From positions 32,001-96,000 of the forward strand of contig CAVVYZ010000002.1 of NCBI GenBank assembly GCA_963752595.1: DNA of 64,000 nt. The letters run 5' to 3'. The notes below the pieces were generated by a model. That model searched no databases. It saw nothing but the letters and a program-made list of their open reading frames with translations, and had not been told where the DNA came from. This document shows positions 10,749 to 21,504 of this stretch, in pieces (the stretch's first letter is position 1; every line of letters begins with the position of its first letter). The DNA comes from an uncultured delta proteobacterium (lineage in GTDB: Bacteria > Desulfobacterota > Desulfomonilia > UBA1062). A program made the position numbers and the translations under genes.

Positions 10749-11627
10749 ATGACGATATCCGAGTCCGGAAAAAATGATCCGTTTGATGCCGCTGCCATAA
10801 AAGGGCTGATCCACGCCAAAGGCATCGACCTCGTGGGAATCGCCGATGCAGGAAATCTCATTCTGGCGCATCCTTCAAGACCTGCTGCGGCTCTTATGCC
10901 CACTGCACGAAGCGTGATCGTCATGGCGGTTGCGCACTCTCTGGGTGCTGTCTATGCGCCGGACATCATGCTCTGGACACGGAGCAAGATGCAGACGTCC
11001 CGGCTGCTCGATGAAACGGCTGAAAAGATAGGCCGCATGCTTGAAAAGAATGGCTTCCTTTCGTTGCCGATCTCAGCGGACAAGCCGGTCGAGATCGTGA
11101 AAATCGATCCTGAAACAGACAAGAAATTCCGTCAGACTCGTGCGCTGGGGTTTCTCTCGCTCAAGCATGCAGCCGTAAGCTGCGGCATGGGCGAAATCGG
11201 CTGGAACAACCTGCTGCTCACCCCAGAGTTCGGCCCCCACCAGAGGCTGTGCGCCATAGTAACAGAGGCGCAGTTAGAGGCTGATTCCAGAAGGGATTTG
11301 GGCCTCTGCACCGGATGCGGCCGGTGCGTGAAAGCGTGCCCATCCGGGGCTTTGAAAAACGACCGCTATGACGTGGATCCCTGCTTTGTCTACTGGTCCT
11401 ATGGCTTCAAGCGTCTGCCTCCGGCAAACTTAAGAGAATGGCCGGGTTATGTCCGGATGATCATGAAGCATGCAAGGCGGCGTGATATCCTTGTAGAATC
11501 CGGCCAGACTTACATCACTGATGTCGACAACTGCATCGAGTGCATGCGTGCCTGCCCGGTAGGTGAAAGATGGAAGGGACTCCGACCGAAAATACTCCCT
11601 TTCCAGAGATCCGGCGGAACGGAATAA
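10749..11627 (+). CDS. Second QueG-like 4Fe-4S protein
   Basis: SLKHAAVSCGMGEIG, LLTPEFGP, CTGCGRCVKACP, CIECMRACP; GAGGGG RBS. Confidence 0.82.
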   Translation: MTISESGKNDPFDAAAIKGLIHAKGIDLVGIADAGNLILAHPSRPAAALMPTARSVIVMAVAHSLGAVYAPDIMLWTRSKMQTSRLLDETAEKIGRMLEKNGFLSLPISADKPVEIVKIDPETDKKFRQTRALGFLSLKHAAVSCGMGEIGWNNLLLTPEFGPHQRLCAIVTEAQLEADSRRDLGLCTGCGRCVKACPSGALKNDRYDVDPCFVYWSYGFKRLPPANLREWPGYVRMIMKHARRRDILVESGQTYITDVDNCIECMRACPVGERWKGLRPKILPFQRSGGTE

Positions 11628-11732
11628 CGAACATCCGGGCTGCCCTCATAAACAACACCAGCGACTGAAAATCTGCGCTGTCGGTAACTATAGTGGCTGG
11701 TTTGATGTAAAGACTCTTTGAAGGGGATAGAC

Positions 11733-13490
11733 ATGATTGGATTCCGGAGCATTGCAGTCCGCTGGCCTGCCTTCATCCTGCTGCTCTTCTGCGCGGGCTG
11801 TGCCGACAACATGAGGCAGGTCAAAGAACCCCTGCCGAGTCCCGACCTTATGAAAAAGCACTGCGAACTCATCGGCGCGCCCCGGGTGGTGAGGATCTCC
11901 GAGCATGTATGGGCTGCCGTCGGGTATGACCTGGCAAACGAGATTCTCATCCATACCCTTCAGGGCAATGTGATTATCGACCCCCTCATGAGCCCAAAGC
12001 GCGGAGAGGCTGCCAAAAGGGATCTCCTGGCCTGCGCCCCCGGCGGACCGATAAAGGCCGTCATATATACCCACAGCCATATCGATCACATCGGGGGGGC
12101 TTCGATCTGGATGGATGACAATCCCCCGATCTGGGCTACGGATGGTTTTGTCGAGCACTTCTACAAGCAGTATCAGGTGTTCCTCCCCATCGAGACGATC
12201 AGGGGGAAGCGCCAGTTCGGAGACCATGCCTCCCTGCAGGATCTCCCCTGCAACGGCATCGGCCGCCGCACCGATATCCGGGCAGCACAGGAGGGCGCCG
12301 GCATCCGCCTGCCGACACGCACCTTTTCCGGATCAAAGAGCCTGAGTTTCGGCGGGGTTTCCATCGAGATGATGGAGGCTCACGGCGAGACCCACGACCA
12401 GCTCATCGTCTGGATTCCCCAGGACAGGACCGTTATTGCCGCCGATGACTTCTACTGGTCCTTCCCGAACCTCTATACCATCCGTGGTACAAGCCCGAGG
12501 CCTGTGGACGACTGGATCAAGAGCATCGACAAGATGCGCGCACTGAAGCCCGAACACCTCGTGCCCTGTCACACCATCCCCGTCGAGGGAGAGCTTACGA
12601 TCAATACGATCCTCACCAATTACCGCGATGCTATCCAGTGGGTCAGGGATGAGGTCATCCGGGGAGCCAACAAGGGGCGTGACCTGGATACGCTGGCTGA
12701 AAATATCAAGCTGCCGCCGCATCTTTCAGGGCTGCATTATACGGAGGAGTTCTACGGGCAGGTCGACTGGTCTGCCAAGGGCATCTACACCAGCAGCCTC
12801 GGGTGGTTTGACGGGAGGCCGGACAAGCTCTATCCCATGAATGTCAGAGAGGCTTCCTTGAGGGAGGTCACCCTTATGGGAGGGCCGGTAAAGGTCATGG
12901 AAATGGCGGATACGGCTCTGCAGGCGAATGATTTCCGATGGGCGATTCATCTGCTCGCCAAGCTCTCTGACAGCGGCCTGGCAACAGCGAGCATGGATGC
13001 ATCATTGAAAGAGAAGCAGGCCCTGGCCTATGAGAAGCTGGCCTCCACCCTGTATAACCTGAACGGACGGGGATATCTTCTGGAGTCAGCCTATGAGATC
13101 AGGCACGGCATCGAGATGCCGGCCCCTGCCAGGCTCGATGAAACCCTGGTGGCCAATATCCCTTTAGATGCCATCTTTACCATCATGGCCACCCGGCTCA
13201 TCGCCGAGAAGGCCATGGATGTCCATGAGACCGTGTACTTCGTGTTTCCCGATGAAAACAAGCGGTTCATCGTGACGGTCAGGAGAGGCATTGCCGAGGT
13301 CGTCGAAGGCGAACCGCTGCCCGGGACGCCTGAGCCGGTGGCAACGCTCATCACCGATGCTCTCACCTATCGCAAGATGGCTGCCAAGCTCATGAGCCCC
13401 CTTGCAGCCCTGGCCTCGGGCAAGATCAAAGTTCAGGGGAGCTGGATCAAATTCCTTAAGTGGAACAGCCGCTTCAACCTCCTCGGCTGA
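11733..13490 (+). CDS. Alkyl sulfatase (SdsA/BDS1 MBL fold) with C-terminal SCP2 domain, probable lipoprotein
   Basis: THSHIDHIGG, HGETHD, FPNLYTIRG, YGQVDWS, GWFDG, SCP2-like end GKIKVQG; lipobox-like LFCAGC. Confidence 0.88.
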   Translation: MIGFRSIAVRWPAFILLLFCAGCADNMRQVKEPLPSPDLMKKHCELIGAPRVVRISEHVWAAVGYDLANEILIHTLQGNVIIDPLMSPKRGEAAKRDLLACAPGGPIKAVIYTHSHIDHIGGASIWMDDNPPIWATDGFVEHFYKQYQVFLPIETIRGKRQFGDHASLQDLPCNGIGRRTDIRAAQEGAGIRLPTRTFSGSKSLSFGGVSIEMMEAHGETHDQLIVWIPQDRTVIAADDFYWSFPNLYTIRGTSPRPVDDWIKSIDKMRALKPEHLVPCHTIPVEGELTINTILTNYRDAIQWVRDEVIRGANKGRDLDTLAENIKLPPHLSGLHYTEEFYGQVDWSAKGIYTSSLGWFDGRPDKLYPMNVREASLREVTLMGGPVKVMEMADTALQANDFRWAIHLLAKLSDSGLATASMDASLKEKQALAYEKLASTLYNLNGRGYLLESAYEIRHGIEMPAPARLDETLVANIPLDAIFTIMATRLIAEKAMDVHETVYFVFPDENKRFIVTVRRGIAEVVEGEPLPGTPEPVATLITDALTYRKMAAKLMSPLAALASGKIKVQGSWIKFLKWNSRFNLLG

Positions 13491-13569
13491 GGTAAGCCTG
13501 CCACGGGGTCGGAAATATACTGAAGAGACATGGAGACTCGTCAAAAGCAAGAGAATTGAATCCCAATTC

Positions 13570-15714
13570 TCAGTGCTCCAATGCCCGGCGGACAATTTTC
13601 TTCAGCTCTCTGCTGTCCGCAGGTTTCAGCAGCAGTTCACGGATACCCAGAGACTTCGCTTCCTGTTCGTTTATCACATCGTTGAACCCGGTACACAGGA
13701 CCACCGGGATATCCGGCCGTGTTTCCAGCGCCTTTCTGGTAAGCTCGACACCTGTCATCTTAGGCATAGTCAGATCGGTTACGATAAGATCGTATTCATA
13801 CGGCTCTCTCTCAAACAAGCGAAGAGCTTCGGCACTATCCCTAACCGCAACCACGCGGTAGCCCGACATCTTCAGCACCCGTTGCAGGCTGGAAAGGATT
13901 AACTCTTCATCATCGACCAGGAGGATCTTTTCCCGGCATTTCTCTGAAGGCCCGGTTTCTGGAGTAGACGTCTGCGCGTATGTTTTCCCGACATATAAGG
14001 GAAGGTATACGGTGAAGAGAGTTCCTTCCCCCGGACGGCTCCGGACGGTAATTGCTCCTCCAAGCCTTTTCACAATACCATGGACGACTGAGAGTCCCAT
14101 GCCGCTGCCCCTGCCGAAGCCTTTTGTCGTATAGAAAGGCTCAAAGATATGATCCAGTACTTCGGGCGCAATTCCGCTGCCTGTGTCTTTCACCGTAAGC
14201 TCCAGGTAGTCTCCAGGTTTCATTTCCCGATTGGTGCGGACCGGTTCCAGATGGGTTGTTGTCAGCCTCACCTCTATGGTGCCCTTCTGTGACCCCAGGG
14301 AATCGGCAGCATTCTGAACCAGGTTCATGACCACCTGCTGGATCTGTGTGGGGTCGCCCATAATCATATCGGTTTGCGCATCAATCTGCTGTTTGATGTC
14401 TATCGTGCTCGGAAGAGTAGACCTTAAGAAATCCATGGTTTCCTCCACCAGCGGTGCGACCTTTACGGGCCTCGGTTCCTCCTCGCTTCGCCTGCCGAAG
14501 GAAAGTATTTTCTTTACGAGATCCTTCTGGCGGATGACAGCCTTCATGGTCTGAGTCAGCAGTTCGTGCCGGCTGGAATCCACCGGCGTCTCTGCAAGGA
14601 GTTCTTCGATGTTTATGAGGATAGGATAGAGAATGTTGTTCAGATCATGGGCTATTCCACCGGCGAACCTGTCCAGGGCTTCTATTCTCTGTGTCTGGGC
14701 AAGCTGTGACTCCATCTTCCTCTTTTCCGTTTCCGCCTTCCAGCGCTCTGTTATCTCCTCATTAAGCTTTCTGTTCCTCTCTTCAAGTTCTGCTGTCCGT
14801 TTTGCCACAAGGGTTTCAAGGCGGTCGCGATATACCTTAAGCTCTTCATCCATTTTTATCCGTTCGGTGATGTCCGTGGCCATGCCGACAATGAAACGAC
14901 GGCCGTCACGCAAGGTGCCTGGTGATGAGGTGTTGAAGCTCCAATGCCGGACACTCCCGTCACGGGTGCGGATGGGGAACTCGACATTGATCATGCGAGG
15001 GCTCCCCTTGAACAACTCCTGCACATGACTGTGCACAGTCTCGGCGCCCTCTCCGGATGCCAGGCTGAGCCAGCCGTTGAAAGTTTGCATATTCTGCAAT
15101 GTGTAGCCGGTCAGTTCGGTCCAGGTGCGGCTGATTTGAAGGACTTCACCATCCTCGGTATGCATGATGATCGGAATGGGAGCGTCCTCGATTGCCAGAC
15201 GGAATTGCTCCTCATCGCGGCGGAGGGCCTCCTCCATCTGTTTACGCTCGGTGATTACTTCAGTGAACATAATAATTCCACTGATGTGTTCATTGGATTC
15301 ACGCCAGGGGAGTATTTCCCAGCGAACCCAGTCCGTTCTGCCGTCCAAACGGGGGAACGGGTCTTCCTCGCATCTCTGTGGTTCTCCGGCCAGAGCACGC
15401 TGGTGAATATTCTTCCACCTTTCAGGAATCTCGGGAAAAACTTCATAATGGGTCCGGCCGATAATGTCCTGGTCGCCCAGGCCGTAATCAGAAAGCCATC
15501 GGCGGCTCACCGCGATATACCGCATGTCGGAATCGAACATTGCGATAGCTGCCGGGGCATTCTCAATAAATAGTCCCAGCATTTGCTCGCTCTTCAGCCG
15601 AGCATTCTCTATCTTTTTGTATGCTGATACTTTCTTTTCCAATTGGGCTATTAACCGGTGTGAGTCTGCTAACCCTTCCAAGAGTTGTCTTTTTGTCTTA
15701 TGAGTATCATTCAT
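13570..15714 (-). CDS. PAS-PAS hybrid histidine kinase with receiver domain
   Basis: Two PAS domains, FAGGIAHDLNN, GSGMGLS, LLVDDE...DLTMP. Confidence 0.92.
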   Translation of the reverse strand: MNDTHKTKRQLLEGLADSHRLIAQLEKKVSAYKKIENARLKSEQMLGLFIENAPAAIAMFDSDMRYIAVSRRWLSDYGLGDQDIIGRTHYEVFPEIPERWKNIHQRALAGEPQRCEEDPFPRLDGRTDWVRWEILPWRESNEHISGIIMFTEVITERKQMEEALRRDEEQFRLAIEDAPIPIIMHTEDGEVLQISRTWTELTGYTLQNMQTFNGWLSLASGEGAETVHSHVQELFKGSPRMINVEFPIRTRDGSVRHWSFNTSSPGTLRDGRRFIVGMATDITERIKMDEELKVYRDRLETLVAKRTAELEERNRKLNEEITERWKAETEKRKMESQLAQTQRIEALDRFAGGIAHDLNNILYPILINIEELLAETPVDSSRHELLTQTMKAVIRQKDLVKKILSFGRRSEEEPRPVKVAPLVEETMDFLRSTLPSTIDIKQQIDAQTDMIMGDPTQIQQVVMNLVQNAADSLGSQKGTIEVRLTTTHLEPVRTNREMKPGDYLELTVKDTGSGIAPEVLDHIFEPFYTTKGFGRGSGMGLSVVHGIVKRLGGAITVRSRPGEGTLFTVYLPLYVGKTYAQTSTPETGPSEKCREKILLVDDEELILSSLQRVLKMSGYRVVAVRDSAEALRLFEREPYEYDLIVTDLTMPKMTGVELTRKALETRPDIPVVLCTGFNDVINEQEAKSLGIRELLLKPADSRELKKIVRRALEH

Positions 15715-16166
15715 AATGGTTCCCTGAGTTAATCTTCTTTGGCCGTTCGCATGGTGTATTAAAGGCATCGGGAGAGTATCGCCCGACATGTTGCTATGAG
15801 CTTATTATAAGGGGTTAAGTCTACTGGGAATAGGTGTGCAGAACAGGAAAATATTTTTGTGAAGAGGAAAATCCTGATTCATGCATCGGACGATGAGAAT
15901 GAATGGGGTACGTGATTCAAACCCATACCTGTGTTTTGTGCCCTTCACAGGCATAACATCAGCGGTTCTGAACAGGCGCTGCCGGGAAGAAACACCCTGT
16001 ACCGATACCATCATTCACCAGTTAGCCCTTGTCAAAACCAAATCAAATCCTTATCATCCTCATTGTGAGCCAAGCGCACCTCCACTATAGATAGACAGTA
16101 CGCGGCATCAGGAATGCCCCTGGCTTGTAAAAAAATTGAGACAGAACCGCAAGAGAGGTTTTTTTG

Positions 16167-16904
16167 ATGGTCGATACGATCCCTTATCTGAGCGTTGTCA
16201 TACCCTTCTATAATGAAGAGGAGTCGGCAAAGAATGTATGTACGGAAGTCAAAGAGGTGCTCGATGGGCATCAGGGGCTGAAATGGGAGCTCATCATGGT
16301 GAATGACGGCTCTTCAGACCGGACGCCTCTGATCCTCGAAGAGCTGGCCGACGGTTGCACGAGCTTCCGGGCCCTGCATCTGCGGCCGAACAGCGGCCAA
16401 TCGGCAGCGCTCGAAGCCGGATTCAGGGCTGCCCGGGGCGAGGTTGTCGCCACCCTGGACGGCGATGGCCAGAACGATCCCCGGGATATTTTCGCGCTTC
16501 TCGATGCAATGGAAAAAGCCGGGGTGCACATGATGTGCGGTATCCGGCAGAAACGCTCCGATACTTTTGTGCGCCGGATATCAAGCAGAATAGCGAACCG
16601 TGTCCGGGCAGCCGTTCTGAAGGATGATATCACCGATGTGGGCTGCTCCATGCGGGTCTTCCGCCCGGACTGCCTGCAGAAGATCCGCTTCTTCAGGAAT
16701 GCCCACCGGTTCTTTCCGGCACTGTTCAAGATGGCCGGCTTTTCCGTGGCTGAAATGCATGTTAACCATCGTCCGAGAAAACACGGCACCAGTAAGTACG
16801 GCGGAGGCATAAACAGCAGGCTCTGGGTGGGTATCGCTGATCTGGCAGGTGTGTACTGGCTGAGGAAGAGGGCGTTTGTATATACCGTGGATGAGAAGAA
16901 ATGA
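16167..16904 (+). CDS. GT2 polyprenyl-phosphate glycosyltransferase (ArnC/DPM1-like)
   Basis: VVIPFYNEE, VNDGSSD, GQSAAL, LDGDGQNDP, HRPRKHGTSKYG. Confidence 0.9.
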   Translation: MVDTIPYLSVVIPFYNEEESAKNVCTEVKEVLDGHQGLKWELIMVNDGSSDRTPLILEELADGCTSFRALHLRPNSGQSAALEAGFRAARGEVVATLDGDGQNDPRDIFALLDAMEKAGVHMMCGIRQKRSDTFVRRISSRIANRVRAAVLKDDITDVGCSMRVFRPDCLQKIRFFRNAHRFFPALFKMAGFSVAEMHVNHRPRKHGTSKYGGGINSRLWVGIADLAGVYWLRKRAFVYTVDEKK

Positions 16905-17602
16905 AAGGGAAACACCCGGAAAACCTCTTCAGAGATTTCCTCCGTGTTTCATCCCTGACCATCTTTTTTATAGCTGCGGCCTTTGTCCTTGGCGACCACG
17001 ACGTTCGCCGGTATTTCTTCGACATCACGACAATAAAAAACGCTCTGAAAGGCACCGGTACGGTAACGGGCTCGCTAGCATCCGCTACGATCTTCATCCT
17101 TGCCGGCAGCAGCCTTATAGCGCTCGGTGTTCCCAGGCTGCTGGCGAGCACGATCGGCGGAGCAATTTATGGGGCGGCCGCAGGAGTGTTTCTTTCCCTG
17201 GCCGCATCTTTTCTGGGGTCTTCGATTCTCTACCTCTTGGGCAGGGCAGCTCTCGCTGATGTTGTCGAAAGACGGCTGAAAGGAAAACTGGATGAGTGGC
17301 GGGCCCGGTTCAGGAGCAACGCATTCTGGTGGGTTCTTTACGGAAGGCTTTTCCCGTTTTCCAACTCCACAGTCATGAGCCTTCTCTGCGGAAGCTGCAA
17401 AGTATCCTTTACCTCTTACGCCCTGGGTTCTTTCATCGGCTTCATACCGCTGGCCGTTGTCTTCGCATGCTTCGGCAGCGGAGGTGTAAAGGGAGATTTC
17501 CTGCAGATAACAATAGCCACGGCGGTTCTTATCCTGTCTATCGGATCGAGAAGAATCCTCAATGCATGGTTCCCCCACAGCAAGGAAGAAGCAGGCGGTT
17601 AG
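16901..17602 (+). CDS. DedA/VTT (TVP38) membrane protein
   Basis: Hydrophobic segments, GVPR...GAIYG, RLFPFSN; ATGA overlap with the GT2 gene. Confidence 0.8.
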   Translation: MKGKHPENLFRDFLRVSSLTIFFIAAAFVLGDHDVRRYFFDITTIKNALKGTGTVTGSLASATIFILAGSSLIALGVPRLLASTIGGAIYGAAAGVFLSLAASFLGSSILYLLGRAALADVVERRLKGKLDEWRARFRSNAFWWVLYGRLFPFSNSTVMSLLCGSCKVSFTSYALGSFIGFIPLAVVFACFGSGGVKGDFLQITIATAVLILSIGSRRILNAWFPHSKEEAGG

Positions 17603-17610
17603 GGTACGGA

Positions 17611-19233
17611 TCAGCCGGAAGGATTGATCCGGTAGCGGCCGGCATTAATGGTGCTGCTCTTCCAGATCCGGATGACATGAATCCCATATGTGCATTCGTA
17701 TTCCGGTATGATGCCCGGTTTCGGAGACAGGTGTTCCTCATCGGCAATAATGCGGCCGTCCGGGTGCTCCGCTGCCCATTGCCGGACCTGGTCTTCCCGG
17801 ATGACATCCAGGGGCTTCTTCAGCCGGCCAAGGAAATTGAAAACACCATGATACTTGCCCACATAACTGATGGAAGTGTTTTGGCTCTGCAGTCTTGCAA
17901 TATATGAGCTTGGATTCCGCATGTCGTAACAAGCAAAAACCCCCGCGAGGCTTAAATGCAGCATTACTACCATGAGTACACCCATGGCGGACATGAGCGT
18001 GACGCGGAGCTCGCTGCTCATGCGATACAAACCGCACAGTACAGGGCATGAAGCGATGAGGACCAGTCCGTAGTAGGGATTTATCCTTGACAACACCTGC
18101 GAGAGGTTCGGGTGAAGGGGGAAAAGGCTGTGCAGAATCAGCGCGCATCCGATGCCGATAACAAAGAGACCGGGTAAAACCGGGTCCCATTCCCGGTATT
18201 CTCCTGCCCTGTCCAGAGCATAGGAGGCCAACAGCGCAAACGCAGGAAACAACGGGAGCAGATAATGGGGCTGTTTGCCGCTTATCAGGGAAAAGATGAG
18301 GAAAACGGGAACAAGCCAGGCCAGACACAAGCGGACGGCACTCGATGGAGGTTGCTTGGCCAAAGACCTGAACGACCGCCACAAGGCCGGCCAGAGCATC
18401 CACGGGAACAGGAGTACCGGCAGCAGCGCCAGATACCACCAGAATGGGCGGTTGTGTGCAAAGGACTTTACCATCCTGCCGGCGGACTGTCCCCAGAAAA
18501 TCAATTGGGAATACTTTTCTCCGCCGGCGATTGCTGCAGGGACAGCCCAGGCAAGCGCAATAAGTGAGCCTATGAGCACAGCCGCTAAGATCCCGGCATA
18601 CCAGAGAAACCACCTCGTCGGTCGTTTCTCGATAGCCCACCATGGGGCAAGCAGCGCCAGAGGCAATGTGTGCAGAAGAATGACCGGCCCTTTGGAAAGT
18701 ATGCCCAGCCCGATTGCGGCACCCAAGATGAGCCATCCCCTGGGATCAGACTCCTGCCAACTGCGGAGTATGCCGAATATGCCGACCAGGGTGAAGAATA
18801 CGATGAGCATGTCGAACATGGCGGCAGATACGAAAATCATCCACAGCATGCTGCTGACCGCGATGAGCGGGGCGAGCCCTGCAATCATAGGCCTCTGGGG
18901 CCAGAGCCTGCGGCTGATCTTTGAGGTCAGAATCAGGCTTGCAGCCGCGAAGATAGATGGTACGACCCTCGGCCAGACATCGTTGACGCCGAAAAGCGCC
19001 CACCCGAACTGAAATATCCAGAATAGAAACGGCGGCTTGTCACTGTAGAGCGCACCGTTCAAGTGGGGCACGAGAAAATTTCCGTGCAGCCACATGTCCC
19101 AGGCAACCGACACATACCTCGTCTCATCAATGGGAAGGTATGAACGGGTAAGGAGAGAAACAAGGGTCAGGAGAGCCCAGAATACTCCCCAAAGCGGAAC
19201 CGAAAAAATGCTCAAACCACGGATACCCCTCAC
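17611..19233 (-). CDS. ArnT-family (GT-C) lipid glycosyltransferase
   Basis: PIDETRY, LNGALYSDKPPF, LSKGPV, HNRPFWWY, GKQPHYLLP; many TM helices. Confidence 0.9.
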   Translation of the reverse strand: MRGIRGLSIFSVPLWGVFWALLTLVSLLTRSYLPIDETRYVSVAWDMWLHGNFLVPHLNGALYSDKPPFLFWIFQFGWALFGVNDVWPRVVPSIFAAASLILTSKISRRLWPQRPMIAGLAPLIAVSSMLWMIFVSAAMFDMLIVFFTLVGIFGILRSWQESDPRGWLILGAAIGLGILSKGPVILLHTLPLALLAPWWAIEKRPTRWFLWYAGILAAVLIGSLIALAWAVPAAIAGGEKYSQLIFWGQSAGRMVKSFAHNRPFWWYLALLPVLLFPWMLWPALWRSFRSLAKQPPSSAVRLCLAWLVPVFLIFSLISGKQPHYLLPLFPAFALLASYALDRAGEYREWDPVLPGLFVIGIGCALILHSLFPLHPNLSQVLSRINPYYGLVLIASCPVLCGLYRMSSELRVTLMSAMGVLMVVMLHLSLAGVFACYDMRNPSSYIARLQSQNTSISYVGKYHGVFNFLGRLKKPLDVIREDQVRQWAAEHPDGRIIADEEHLSPKPGIIPEYECTYGIHVIRIWKSSTINAGRYRINPSG

Positions 19234-19289
19234 AACATAATAAGAATGGGGGCTTTTTACAATTTCTCAAGTATAGACTCCTGCGATTT

Positions 19290-20843
19290 CTATTCGGATG
19301 AGGGAGAATAGATGTTGTAAGTTTTTCGCTTAACTTTGAGTGAACGCAGAATCCTCATGCCGGGATGATCCGCACCCAAGTTCTCCGTCGTGATAAGGGC
19401 GGCCTTGGCATCTTTTTCCTTCAGGGTTTCTATCTGCCCTGCACCGATGGGATGCACTTTTCTACCCGCAGCCCATATCAGCTCCTCAGGCAGGTCTCCG
19501 AAGAAGTAGAGCTCCTTTCCCCTGATCTCGGGGATCTCCCGCAGGATCATGAACTGCCGTGCCTCATCCTTTGGGATGAATTGGGATTTCAACGGGGTTA
19601 TTGCGACGAGGGCTAAGCATATTCCGGCCACAACGGCCAGGTGGGTATACTTTGTGCGTTTCCTGATGAAATCGGATATGATCATGCCGCCCGTGATTGT
19701 AAGCGCGATGGCAACCGGAATCAGGACAAGCCTTCCTTTGGAATAATACATGGTCGCGCAGGCAGCAGCGATGCACCCGATACCTGCCAGGAGGCAGAGA
19801 GAACCGTATATTGCTTTCCATGCCAGGGTCCCTGCTTCGCGCAGACGGAATATCGCAATCGCGGAGAGAGCAGCGCCCGGGACAACCGCAGGCATGAGAT
19901 AGCGGGCTTTTTTCTCAGGGACGATTGAGAGAAAGACGACAATCAGGATGAACCAGAAGACAAAGAGCTTTTCCTCCTTCTTCCAATTTTTTTCAAGAAA
20001 AGGTGTGATGACGGCATAGAGGAGGAAGAGCAGCCATGTCCCTACTATCTGGTGAATATTGAGCAGATAGTACCACGGCGCCTCGGTGTGATACGTAAAC
20101 CAGTTGGTGCTCTCCTTCGATGCAACGGCCAGGGCGCTGTGAGGCGTGTTGAGGTAGACATAGGCCGGCCAGGATGCAGAGATGAGAGCGGCGAAGCCGA
20201 AGCTCAACACCAGGCCCCATTTGTTTTCCTTCAGGTCTTTTGTACCGTAGACCATGCAATAGCTTGCTATAAACGGGATGAACATGCTCCAGAGGGCAAC
20301 AGGGCCTTTGCTGAAAAAGGAAAATACCATGAGAAGGGTGAAGAGGAGGAAGTACAGGTTCTTTCTCTCTTTCTGCGCAAACGCCTCGGCCATGGCCCAT
20401 ATTGCTCCTGCCATGGCCATATGGGCATAGATGTCCCAGAAATTCTTCCTCACAGACGAGAGAAACATCAGGCCGGTTATGAGAACGAGCACGGATGTGA
20501 CGGCCATTCCTCCGTCACCCGTAATCCTCCTCACGAGAAGGAAGGTGAACAGCGCGAACAGTACACCGCATATTCCTACAGGAATCCTGTTCGCCGCGAG
20601 GTCGGCATCAGTGCCCGCAAATTTCATAGCAACGGCTGTGATCCAGGTGGGAAGCGGAGGCTTGGCGATTCTCAGCTCGCCGTTCATGGTAGGGAGGAGC
20701 CATGATCCGTCTTCCAGGATCTCGCGGGCGGTAATATAGTTCCTGGCCTCCATATTATTGACTGTCGCGAGCTCGCTGTTCAGAAAACTACAGATCAGAA
20801 CGGCAATTATCACGAAGAAGCAGCTTATTTTCCCCATATGCAT
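19290..20843 (-). CDS. Second ArnT-family glycosyltransferase
   Basis: MEARNYITARE, LRIAKPPLPTW, SKGPV, EKKARYLMP. Confidence 0.88.
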   Translation of the reverse strand: MHMGKISCFFVIIAVLICSFLNSELATVNNMEARNYITAREILEDGSWLLPTMNGELRIAKPPLPTWITAVAMKFAGTDADLAANRIPVGICGVLFALFTFLLVRRITGDGGMAVTSVLVLITGLMFLSSVRKNFWDIYAHMAMAGAIWAMAEAFAQKERKNLYFLLFTLLMVFSFFSKGPVALWSMFIPFIASYCMVYGTKDLKENKWGLVLSFGFAALISASWPAYVYLNTPHSALAVASKESTNWFTYHTEAPWYYLLNIHQIVGTWLLFLLYAVITPFLEKNWKKEEKLFVFWFILIVVFLSIVPEKKARYLMPAVVPGAALSAIAIFRLREAGTLAWKAIYGSLCLLAGIGCIAAACATMYYSKGRLVLIPVAIALTITGGMIISDFIRKRTKYTHLAVVAGICLALVAITPLKSQFIPKDEARQFMILREIPEIRGKELYFFGDLPEELIWAAGRKVHPIGAGQIETLKEKDAKAALITTENLGADHPGMRILRSLKVKRKTYNIYSPSSE

Positions 20844-20975
20844 CGTCAGCTCTTTTCTCCTGGTGCATGTAATATATCTCTGGAAGGTATGTGTTCATTA
20901 TATCCGTGAAAGGTAATTTTCAATTGGTTTCTTGGGAGGAAACCATGGAAGAGAAGAGGCTCGTGCAGACCGATC

Positions 20976-21308
20976 CTATGGATTCAGCCCACGGTGCTGC
21001 AGTTCGATCCGGACATCGATCCTCCTTTGGCGGAGCTGTTCGGGATTGCACGACGGAATGCCCCTTGATAAGCCCAGCCATACGCCGAGCCTGCTTATCC
21101 CATAGCCTGTTCCGACTCCCACCGATGTCCTGTTCGATTCGTTTACGCATCGATTGATCTCATCGGAGAGTTCATAATAATACCGCAGAAGCTCATTATT
21201 TGCCATGGCGGTATAGTCCTGGCTGAGGAGTTCTTTCTGTCGGCCTGCACATCCGCACATCAACAGCACGAGCAGTATGCCGGGAAGCATGAGCTTCAGA
21301 ATTCTCAC
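20976..21308 (-). CDS. Hypothetical lipoprotein
   Basis: Signal peptide ending LMCGC, Gly-rich central segment, two extra Cys; AGGAGG RBS. Confidence 0.7.
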   Translation of the reverse strand: MRILKLMLPGILLVLLMCGCAGRQKELLSQDYTAMANNELLRYYYELSDEINRCVNESNRTSVGVGTGYGISRLGVWLGLSRGIPSCNPEQLRQRRIDVRIELQHRGLNP

Positions 21309-21504
21309 CCTGGCCCTCCTTTGTTGCAGTGTTCAATCAAATGATTCTCCTCCGGCTTTCTGCAAGGTACTTCATCCGCCTCTTCAATTCTTAGAATAGC
21401 ACGGGTGGGTTGACGGGCAAGTGAAGGGTCTCCTGCAGGGCGCCGGATAGATGGGCTGATTTCTTCAATTAGTTGATTTCCCTCAAGCTTGCTTAAGGGG
21501 TACC

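Noticed and set aside
15903-15930. Minus-strand GGGTTTGAATCACGTACCCCA, tRNA 3'-like
   Set aside because: T-stem is mismatched and no D or anticodon arms are found.
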